From the NCBI GenBank assembly GCA_012295275.1, contig CM022672.1, forward strand, positions 13,454,001 through 13,518,000: a stretch of 64,000 nt of DNA, written 5' to 3'. This document shows positions 1-11,078 of this stretch, one piece after another (position 1 is the stretch's first letter; each line of letters begins with the position of its first letter). The notes beneath the pieces were generated by a model. It was not told where the DNA came from. It did not search any database and saw only the letters and a program-made list of their open reading frames with translations. The position numbers and the translations under genes were made by a program. Source of the DNA: Chrysomallon squamiferum (taxonomy: Eukaryota; Animalia; Mollusca).

Positions 1-247
1 AAGAAAAGGGACGAAAAAAATGACCAAAAACATTCCAACAACAACAACAGAGGACCGAAGAAGAAATTTGTTTCTGTAAATCTATTCCCAAGATATAAAC
101 AACGTAATCCAAAATAATATTATGAAACATTTCCCCTCCCCTCAAAAAGCATTTTCTCATTTCAACCGCTGTTATCTTTATACTGAACCAAAAATTAAAT
201 TGCTAAAACTCAAAGAAAAAGAGAGTGAATAGTCAATTAGCACTTAC

Positions 248-3200
248 AATCCAGTTTTCAATTCCTCTATGTGTGCCATTTTTTCCAGTAATCTCTTGTT
301 TGTAGGTTCCTCGGGATCTGCTTCTACTTCTGCCATTTTTTCCTTATGTTTTACATCTTCCAGATGTAAATCAAACATCTAACACAGGAAAATAATAATT
401 ACATTTAAAAACAATTCTTTCATGGTTATCATTGCACATTTGGTTTAAAATATTAATTGAAAAAAATTAATTATAATACCTTTCAATTAAACCAATCAAT
501 ATTTCTGTCCTAGCAAAAAAAGCACTAGTGCAGCTTTTATTCTATTTTAAACTTCTGACAATAACATAAGAGACACAAACTAAAAATGTACATGATAAAA
601 AGATATTTAGTAACTACACATTTTAATGTCAGGTACTTGCCTTTCTGGTATACATTTCTATGTCACAAACATGACAGTATGTTGTAGCCTTATTGTGGTC
701 CAGAATCTGTTTTAAAAAATAAACAGCATTCTTAGTGTTATATGTAATATCTAACATGTTTAAACATGATTTTATTTTCTTCAAAATAAAGTTCTGCTTT
801 AACAGAAAGATAGTAAATGTTAATTACTACAAGGAAAACTGATTTTGTTAGCTTTTATTCAGATCCTGATCTTTTTATATGGATTAGGTCATAATGTATC
901 AGAGTTAAATTTAATTTTGAGAAAACAGATGTGGATACATTAAAAGTATTAATAATAAAAGTTCTGAAAACTTGAAAATAAAAATAAGTTTACTTACTGG
1001 AGGAGTAAATTTTCCTTTGCTTCCAGCTAAAAACAAGAAAAATAAATAAAATATTTTAATTTAAATGAAACATGAAAGAAAACAAGGAAAGGCAAAAATC
1101 CTCAACTACTTTTTAAAGCCAAAATGTTTAATTTCACGGACTGTTTTTAAATTTTCAGCACTTTATATTACACTAAATTTAGTTATTTTACATTTCACCT
1201 TAGTTTCTTTCAATGAAAAGGGAATAATTTTCAGTTTCAAAAGCAGTGGAGAACACATTTTTTCTCTCCATTCTCTCAGCTTATTTACAAATTTTGGCTT
1301 TACATGCCTATTTTTCAAACTGGTACCACGTTCCAAACAGCCTTATGACAGGTTTTGATGACAAGGTTGTACGTCATTTCAAGACGCCACAATGAAATGA
1401 AATAAGGGTTTTGCGGCTTCAGACAGCAGTTGCATCAGCCAGCCGCATACCAAATATAATACCTGCTTTACTACGATCGTTTCCTCTACTATCTCGACTT
1501 CTTTGACGTCCCGTATTTCGAGAATCACTTCGGTATCCGCCATAAGGCTGAAATCATTCCAAAATTTGCACAGAGGTTCAAAATGAGTCAAAGAAAAGCC
1601 ATCAAAATAGGCTAATGCTTTGACTGGTGAACACAAGTCAATGTGGAAACACAGTTCAGCAAAATATCCAACAAAGGGATAACAAATAGCTGGAACAAAC
1701 ACACTGAAAAATCATAGTATGGTTAGTACAGTATAACAAATATGAAAGGTCAAATGACATGTGGCTTTTTCAAAGCTGACCATTATGCAATGATATTTTT
1801 AGTCCTAATTGCATATTAATAATGCAATGTAGCATCACAGGGTGCATATTATTCTTGTTTACCTAACAATATAAATGTACTTGAATTGATATATTTATCA
1901 AGCTGCAAAAAAGTACATGCAAACCTAAATATTAAAGTTACAAATAATAATTTAAACAGTGCTTAAATGATGTGTACTCCAATGTTATTTTAAATTCCTG
2001 TAATCCAAACCTTTTAAAACCAGCTGAAAAAAAGAGTATGTTCAGATAAATTGGATGTTTTTACTTGATGAACTGAATAAATATATAATAAACAAGCCTT
2101 CTAGATCTTAACATATTTATCCAGGAAACACTCTGCCATTACATACCTTAAAAATGATGCATCATTTTACTTTTCTACTTTAAATTATATCCATAAAGAT
2201 AAATTATCTCATCCTTATATAAAATAAAGTGCAACTTTGTATTTATCAAATCTTTAAATGTTTATAAACGTTGATGAATGAAATGCTTATTGCTGCTGTC
2301 CTGGTTTTCAATCTTTTCCCCTTTTTCAACTAAAAATAAATGTTCATAAAAAAAATACATTTTTTCTTTTTTTACATACTTTAATCAGAAAAATGAGTGC
2401 ATTTTATCAAAATATCCATTTATTAATTTTTATGAAAGTTGAAAACATAAAAAATACTGACCAGCTTATAAGGATAAAACAAATTTTAAAATGTTTAAGA
2501 ACCAACAACAGTTCTTAGGTTTGTGTTACATATAAACTTACCTTCCTTCTAAAGCCATTACAATAGGAACATTGATTGACATTTTTATGATCAAACCTAC
2601 AGATTCACAAACTCATCCTTATAAATACTGTATAAATTTTACAAATAATTCTCATCACCAATGATTACAATAAATCATTCATGAAAAAAATGGTTGAACA
2701 ACCTATATCTGCAACCAATGAGAAACTGTAAATGTTCAAAATGTAACTGATATTTACTCTAATGGTTTGTAATCAGGTTTGAAAATAAAAATTCTCCAAA
2801 TTTACATTCTTTTACAATCTGAGGTGCTGTTAATATTAAATTCAACACTTTTTCTACACACCTTAAGACTATGTATTAAAACAATTCTTTCAGCTAATAA
2901 TAATATGACTACTGAGTTGCATTACAATTCATTTGAAGACAAAACATGCTGAAATATTGTTTAAATTACATTAATGACAAAATATGGATGTCCAGGCCCA
3001 GATCTAGCTCACAAAACAGCCCTTTATTGACCAAATAGGAGCTCAAAACAACAAAAGTGTTAGCAGCAGTGAAATGAATGCAGTGTGTGATATTAAACAT
3101 TCATTCTTTTTTAAAAGTGGTTTTTAACTTTTCAGCACTAGATAAGGGCCTGAAGGTCTCATATCCTTAATACTGATAATAATTAAGTGATTATAATCAG

Positions 3201-4241
3201 CACATCTATTTCATCACTTACCTAAATGAAGAATTCAGAATGTAGATATACATCATCAGAACATATGTGATCACTGACTGGCTTTTAAATAATTTGTAAT
3301 AATTTGAATTCCTCATAACCATTTCACAAAGGAGCTTATGATTTGTTCATATGATTTTTTTTTTTTTTTGTAGTTGCAGGAACTACAAAGATGGTATACA
3401 ATTAAAATGATAGCCTATTTCTTTTTATAATCGAAATGATATATTAAACACCCTTCTATGTTTACAATCAGAAAAAAAAGTATCAGTTTAAAAAATATTA
3501 CGCTTTCAAAAGCTTTATTAGCTTCCAACACCTTACCCCTGAATCTCTGCGAACTCTTTTGGAGTCGTATCCATAGCCACCGTAATCTCGAGCTGATCTC
3601 TTCCTGTCGTACCGACCACCAACGCCGAGTCCGACACGCATTCCAACTTCAGCAAGAAGTTGAGTCTGCTGCTGTAACAAGTTGCTGGTCATGGCAAGTT
3701 GAGATTCTTGCATTCGCAGCTGCTCGTGCAGTTGACCAACCTGAATATTTAAACAAATGATGTTTTTGATCAAGGAGGTTAATTTACTTCTCTGATTTAT
3801 GACAACCAAGAATATTAAGCTGATGTATTAATTTACTAACTGCATAAAATCAACCAGAAGCTGTTTTTAACCAATGGTTTTTAACTTTAACACCAGAATC
3901 CTAATAGATGTAATTTTGACAATTATGCACAATGAACCCCAGATATATGAATCAATACAAACCTGATTACTACCATAGCCTCCACTGCTCATCATGCTGC
4001 TACCCATACTGCTGTATCCCATTCCATAGCCACCTCCATAGTTATCTTGAGTATAGTAGCTATCTGTACCTGAACTACGACCATATCGACCACTGCCAGA
4101 ACCATAGCCACCACCACTGCTGATAAAACCTTTGCTTTTCTTGGTTCCCCAGTTACCACCACCACCACCACCACCACCACCTCCTCCTCCTCCTCCTCCT
4201 CCTCCTCCACCTCGACGACTGCCTTGTCCATATCGTCCCAT
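248..4241 (-). CDS. ZNF326/AKAP8-like (AKAP95-type C2H2 zinc finger) nuclear RNA-binding protein, 3' end truncated by the window edge
   Basis: Phase-consistent exons 4241-3963, 3740-3537, 1547-1463, 1026-998 (29-nt microexon), 706-641 and 378-248. Translation: MGRYGQGSRR-polyG, GY-rich N-terminus, Q-rich coiled segment, R/D/S-rich region, then the zinc finger CHVCDIEMYTRKMFDLHLEDVKH (C-x2-C-x12-H-x5-H) split across two exons. A YG-rich N-terminus plus this finger type resembles the AKAP8/AKAP8L/ZNF326 family (from recall, not a search). Probable non-coding first exon with a donor near 6172. Confidence 0.7.
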
Positions 4242-4311
4242 ATTCTGAAATGAAATAAATGCCAATATGACTATTATAATATATAGGCAACAATAAATTC
4301 CAAATTCATTT

Positions 4312-4348
<37 letters not shown>

Positions 4349-6187
4349 CTTTTAACAAGATAACTGAAAAATTTAGGTCACTTCCAAATGCAAACCTGCC
4401 AGATAAATGGTCTGGTACTTGAACAGTGAAAGGTACATTTTTTAATTATGAAATTTTAAAAGTTACTGGTAAACCTGCTTCTAGTAGATACTCCAAAAAG
4501 ATATTTTCTTTAGGAAATACAAGGCTGACTCCTATCTATAACTGTAGATTTTTTATCCAGATGTCAATAATAAAACATTTGAAGTTGCTGTCTGCATACA
4601 ATTAGAATATTTAACAAATCTCAATTTCTAAGGTCCAATTCTGAAGCACGATTATCTCTGGCATAGCTTATTTCATAATATGTCACACAATGTGTTGCAA
4701 AGTTCATTTACATTGATACTGGCTCCAGTATCATTTCAACCCAGTTTCAATCACTTAAATTAGAACCTTAAATAGACATGAAAAGAATGATCATTCTACT
4801 CACTAGCAAGAATCTTCAAACAGAATTCAGGTAGTTTTGATTGCAGAGAATTTGCTTGATCAGTCACTTTCTGACTTGGGAGTGAACTGGCTTCAATGGC
4901 CATGACTTAATGCAAGGTTAGACAAAGAACATGCTCTGGTGGCATCTTTCAGTCAACTGGGTAGCTGGATAATTGCTTTAAACTTCAATTATATTGTTCT
5001 TTAAAAGGTGATATACTGACCTTTCCAATGATGTACTAATGAGTTTTTGAAAGGGGTCTGTTGCTCAGAAAGACATTAAGGAATTATAGGGCTTTCAGGT
5101 GACAAAAACTTTAATATTGGATACATAAATAATGCTAAGAGATTTGCTAGCAACAATAAAGTTTGAAGAATTAACCCTATGAAAGTGGTGTTCACGATAC
5201 AAGCTAATATTCATACAATACTCAGGAACTTCAAATATTCCATTGATGCATTTTTTATTTAGAAAGGACCTCAAACAAAATATATAGAGCATTCAAAAGT
5301 TAGAAAAATTAGGTCAAAAGAATATGTCAGACCACCAACACTGGTGCTTCTAAGCACCTACTCCTAATGTAAACCAGATATATAGTGAATCTAAGTGATT
5401 ATAGGTCTTCCAAATGTACAATTTATTTATTTTTTGCCATGGTAATAAAATATTTCAAATCTGGTTAAGTACTGCAAAACGACTGAAGATTATGAGGCTA
5501 ATAAAATAATGTTACAAATATCGATTTTTGAACAGCCAGATTTTTTGACAATAGTTTTAGAAATGAAATCATTGCACCTTTAATTGGTTTCCGGTTTGGA
5601 CATTCACTGGCAGTGGCAAATTTTCACAAATTGTAACTGTTTTTAATGAAATAATAATTTTATTCAAAATACAACTGAAATTATTTCTATGGTGTTATAT
5701 TAACAACGAGACGAGTGATCACAATGAATCATAATCATGAAATGTAGCTACCCTGACACAATTTCAATTTGAGCGACACTGCCAGCGATAGAAAAAGAAA
5801 ATCATAATTTCGTAACCAAAGACATAAAAAAAACTGTTCAAATTTAACGAAAGAAATTTTTATTGTTTATTAGCATATGTTATACACTTTTATCACTTCA
5901 ATGCCATCTTTAGTGAAGGATAATCTTTGATTTCTTGCATGTGATTGAAGGTATTTTATTTCATAAATGACCTTGATCATAGAATCGTGTGCAAAAAGGA
6001 AGTGCCGTGTGCAAAAACAGAAGCCACCTCCGATTTCTTTTTAATAAGTCTAGTTAATCAGTATTTTGATTTTATTTACTCAAACCTACAGCTAGTTTAA
6101 CATATCTACAATATCGTTACATTTATTTTTACCTAGACACATTTTGTAAAAAATCAGGTCAATAAAACATACCGCAAAATGATACTT

Positions 6188-6223
6188 CACGTGCTTTCAC
6201 AAAAAAGAAGCAGAGGGCGCTGT
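6188..6223. promoter_or_regulatory. Putative promoter of the ZNF326-like gene with an E-box (CACGTG) and a CTCF-like motif (AGCAGAGGGCGCTG)
   Basis: Motifs lie immediately upstream (minus-strand sense) of a candidate first-exon donor at about 6172. Motif match only. Confidence 0.3.
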
Positions 6224-6434
6224 ATTCCTTTCGTTTGGTTTATTGAGCATTGTTACTTCCCTTGGTAATAGAATGAGTTCTGAAAGAAATTAAGAAGGCG
6301 CCTAATAATTGGAAGAAATATATGAATAAATAAATAAATAAATAGAATAAAATAAAATAAAATAATAAAGTAACAAAATAATTTCTTTTGTTTAGAGTAT
6401 GTTCATGTTATTTCTAATCGATATAGTAAATTTA

Positions 6435-6486
<52 letters not shown>

Positions 6487-6597
6487 TCGTTCTGCTTTAT
6501 TTATTTACATTTAAATTCTTTTCTTGCATTATTTATTTATCATTTTATTTTACAGTTTAGACTTCCATTTAAATATAATAAATTTTAAAATTAGATA

Positions 6598-7932
6598 GGG
6601 TAAGGTGGGGTAATTCTGGCACCCGAGGTATATTATGACTTGCAGCCGCTATGCTGCTCTGTCTAGATTTCTGGAACTTTGTTCATATAAATAGAACCTT
6701 CCTATCTCTCATTAGAACAATGGATGTAGGTAACCAGCCATTTACATGTGAAGTATACTGGCCTTGAAAGTAATAAAACAACAAGTTTGTAAAAAAAAAA
6801 AAATGTGCATTTTGAGGTTTCAATAGTGAGTGTTATTTTTTAGTCCTATAGACATAAGGTTAGTGATAGTTATAACAAGTAAACATATAATCAGTTATTA
6901 AATTCAGCAGAAGAAAGTTTATTAATATGTGTCGTAATTAGGCAAGAAATATGTGCTTTATTTTACTCCATCACTTGGGGCAATTCTGGTCCCCATGGAT
7001 GGGGTAAATCTAGCCCACATATTTGGTCGTGAAATCAATAGTTTTGGCATTGAAATAGTCCATTCTGAGTTTTATTTAAGTTTTTTTGAAACAACTGAAA
7101 GTCCATAGTCCATCTGGTGGGACACGTTGTCAAACTTCAAATCAAATCAAAAAGATAAGGTATGCCGAGGAACTGACAGAAGAAGAAAGTGTCAAGAGGT
7201 ATGAAGAATAGATGGCAGAGAAGAAGAAGAAGGAGGAAGAAGAAAAGGCAAAGAAAACACAGGTGAGAGAGGAAAAACTACAAAAAAAAAAAAAAATAGA
7301 AGAAGATATCAAAGTCAAAACGGCAGTTCAGTTCGAATGTTACAGCAGAACCGGTGGATGCCGACAAACAAAACGTTGATGGCGACGAGCCTGAACTAGA
7401 AGACAGAGATGTAGTAGATTATACAAGAAAAATGTGAACTCTGAGGCAGAGTTGATGATGGAATGAATTCTGACAAGTTCATAGGATGTGACTGGTGCCC
7501 AAATTGGTATTGTCTCGAAATCCCAGCTGGTGCAGACTTGAAAGATTTTGTATTCTTGTGTCGTATTTGTCAAGGAGTTTAGTTTATTGAAGTTTTGAAT
7601 CTGACTGGTATTACGATTAGGACTAATTATTATTAATAGTAAACAATGATTACATAGCAATAATCAGTACAACAAATTTGAGGACCAAAATACATCATGA
7701 ATGTCAGGGCCAGATTTATCCCAAATCATCAGGGCAAATCTGGCCTCCGACAACAATTTTTAACCTGGTTCCCATTTCAAAAGTATAAGCACTATGCATA
7801 CAGTGTTTGTGTATTTTGAAGCAGTAATAGATATACTACACAATATTCACTCCATTTTGTTGTTTCCTTTTTTCTGCGAAACTGTAGATGAGGATGAATG
7901 GAAAAGGGGACCAGAATTACCCCATCTTACCC
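6598..7932 (+). mobile_element. Non-autonomous pogo-like (Tc1/mariner superfamily) DNA transposon with a degenerate transposase C-terminus (K/E-rich segment plus PHD-like finger)
   Basis: 27-bp TIRs GGGTAAGGTGGGGTAATTCTGGCACCC (6598-6624) and the reverse complement of 7906-7932, GGGTAAGATGGGGTAATTCTGGTCCCC. Flanked by TA on both sides (6596-6597, 7933-7934). Internal TIR-like subterminal repeats near 6977 and 7707. Residual reading frame MNSDKFIGCDWCPNWYCLEIPAGADLKDFVFLCRICQGV* at about 7463-7582. Confidence 0.85.
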
Positions 7933-9055
7933 TAATTAAAATTGAAATCAAATGTTCATAGATGCGAAAAAGAAAATAACTCATAAATAATGAGTATATA
8001 CTGTTAGTCTTTGTTATCCGCTATTAACTAGATCTAACTGGGTTCTGTTGAAACAATACATACAAGAAATTCAAATCACCTGTAATCAGATCATGTCACG
8101 TAACATTGCTGTTGTTGTTGTTCTATTCTGCTCATTTTCATAATGGAAAGTGTCATGAGCAAAACTGACCACAAACATCCAACCAATTTTTTAGTTTGGA
8201 ATTGTTATTTATCATACTATTGTATTTTGTATAGGTGTGTGTGTGGTCCGAGTACGTTTGTTATTTCTGATTTCCAAAATAACTGTGAGAGTGCGTGCGT
8301 ATACGTACACACACCAAGGCGCGCGCTCGAATGTTACGCTTTTCATTAACAGCTATCATATTATAAATTATAACTTCATGGCGATAACAGAACTCAGATT
8401 TTATAAAAGCATTTTTTAATTTTTTTTTTTTATTATTTTTTTTTATATAATTTTTTGTTATAAAATAACAATTAACCAAGTATTTTAGTTAGTTTTAACG
8501 ATGCATTCATAATTTAACAGACAGAAAGAAATTAATTCACTCAATGCAATTGTTCCATACAGAAAATACTGTTAACTATACTGCAAGTAAATATTCTATT
8601 CGCTTATTTTTCAAGAATAAATATTTCAAAAGAGACGATTTAACACAACACAGTATTGTGGGACTATCGATACACTTTCGAAATATCGACTACCAACTAA
8701 ATATTAGTGGGGAAAAAAAAAGAAAAAAAAGAGAAAAATATATAACAATGAAGCAATTAAATAATTCTTATTTACCTATCGTGTGTGTTCATGCTTAACT
8801 CAGTAAGACGTCTGTTATCAATAGCAGCAGCAGACGTCCACACAAAAAAGAAGAAGAAAAAAGAGAAATTAACCACGATAGACACACGTTACACGCAGAC
8901 ACAAATATGTATACATGTAAAATAATGGTATGTAAACAAAAACGTATGGATCAGTATACTTAAATGGTAACGTACGTTTTTAACACATTTTGATATTTAT
9001 TATAAATTTATATCAGTGCATACAACCTCTGTTTTGTCATTTTCAAGTCAGAATC

Positions 9056-9060
<5 letters not shown>

Positions 9061-9145
<85 letters not shown>
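9061..9145. repeat. (TC)n microsatellite followed by short (TG)n
   Basis: Uninterrupted TC dinucleotide run seen directly. Confidence 0.95.
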
Positions 9146-9151
<6 letters not shown>

Positions 9152-10178
9152 GTGTGTGTGTGTGTGTGGTAAAAGTGATTTTTTAAAATATAAAATTATA
9201 GGACGAAATATTTTGTTTAATACAAAATTAGTTGTTATTTTTTCTCCTGATATAATATTAGTTATAAAATAAAACGTTTTATACCATACAAAATTAATAG
9301 TAGAGAAAGAAAAGTTTCGTTTCACATAGAAAAATGTATAGAATGAAATGTTTCTTCTGATACAAAATTGCTATTATAAAATTAGATGTGTGTCTGCTTG
9401 AGTGTGTGTGCGTGTGTGTGTGCGCGCGTATGTATACATTTGTTGTTGTTGGGTTTTGTTTTTTTCGATAAATAATTATAATTATAAACGGAGATATTTC
9501 ATCTCATATAAAATTAATATTTACCTAAAGAAATGCTTTATCTGGTATAAAATTAAAATATAGATCCAAACGTTTATTATGTATAGTGTACACAATAACT
9601 TTATTTTTGTTTGCCGGTATCTATTTCTACTATTGATTAAAAATATCTTAGTGTGTCAAGGATTAATGGAAACGAAAGATTAATAACAGTTATTTAATCG
9701 TTTTGTTTTTATACATTTCTCTTTATCCTTTTGCACGTCTGTATGTACATATAATGTCTGGCTATGTTTCAGTTCAGTAAAACGGAATAAAATATTTGAA
9801 TAAAGTTAACAAAACTGTTTTCTTTGGAATAAAATGAATAATGATAAATAATGGTTTATATATTTGATTTGGCATAAAGTTAATATTTAAGAAGGAAATG
9901 ATTTGTCAGGAATAAAGTTAATAAAACAGAAGGAAGTAACCGCCTGATATAAATAAAATAACACAGAAGTAATGTTTTGGTACAAATTTGTTTGCCACAT
10001 ATACAAATAGGTTATAATTTATAAATTTTTAACACAGAAGGAAAGAATTCTTTTATTATCTTATAAAATGTTTTCTTCGGTATAAAGGTTAATACAGAAG
10101 GAATTTTTCTGTTTGTTATAAAGTAAAAAATATGGAAGCAAATATTTTGTTTGGTATAATTTTTCTCTTTGTAGAACG

Positions 10179-10232
<54 letters not shown>

Positions 10233-11078
10233 TTTATTTATTTAATTTAAAAACAAATAATAATAATAATTTTTTTTTATTTTTTTATTTTTTTATTTTT
10301 TTTTATTTGGTATGTTGATATTTTCTTTGTTACAGAAAAATGTCCTTTGCCCGGAACAAAATTGACACAAGAGGAAATGTATTATACGTTTGGTCTGTAA
10401 TGTTCATACTATAAATATATATATATATATATATATAACTATTATTATTTTTTGATAGTGTGCGTGAGCGCGTTATATTAATAATAAGCAGAAATCTTTT
10501 GTTGCAGAGAAACAAGAAAAAAAAAGAAGAATATATATATATAAGAACAAATTTTAAAATTATCAATCAAAATGGATCGATATATTTATTTTTGTCGTGG
10601 CCCAGGGCAGCTGTTTATGTCGATTCCCATATTTTTTAAAATTTTATTGAAGTTAGTATCGATACAAATAATCGTTTAAATTATCCAGTAAAAACTCTTA
10701 CATCAAACGGTACTAACAGTTTGTGACACAAAGAGAAAAACGTAGGGCAGAATAATAACATGTATCTATAAAAGAACAAAACTTTTCTTTTTAGTCAACT
10801 ATCCTCCTATTTTATAATTGCTTTCACGGCTAGTTATTTATATAATGCAAAAGACAAACGACAAATGATGTAAATAGTGATTATTGAATATTGGAAGAGG
10901 AATAAAAAAATATTTGATATTAACACGCGTTCGCGATGAATATTTAACAGTTTCGTTTGCTAATTCAGCGCAGAAAAAAAATGTAAAAATGAATAAATAC
11001 CAAAGATTAGATGTTAGGACTCAGAAGTTTCAGAAAATGCTTTCTTGTCAAAAATAACAGTTATATGGTTTAAGCAAA

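Noticed and set aside
1379-1702. 107-aa minus-strand ORF (VFVPAICY...) as an independent gene
   Set aside because: It overlaps the true 85-nt exon (1547-1463) in a different frame. The exon frame PYGGYRSDSRNTGRQRSRD is the one that is phase-compatible with its neighbours.
3195-3280. Possible C/D box snoRNA (TGATGA and CTGA motifs on the minus strand)
   Set aside because: The boxes are only about 20-25 nt apart, too close for a guide snoRNA, and there is no convincing terminal stem.
8807-8840. Small hairpin GACGTCTG...CAGACGTC (a similar AAGGACA/TGTCCTT hairpin lies at about 50456-50477)
   Set aside because: Stems of 7-8 bp are expected by chance in 64 kb, and there is no supporting context.
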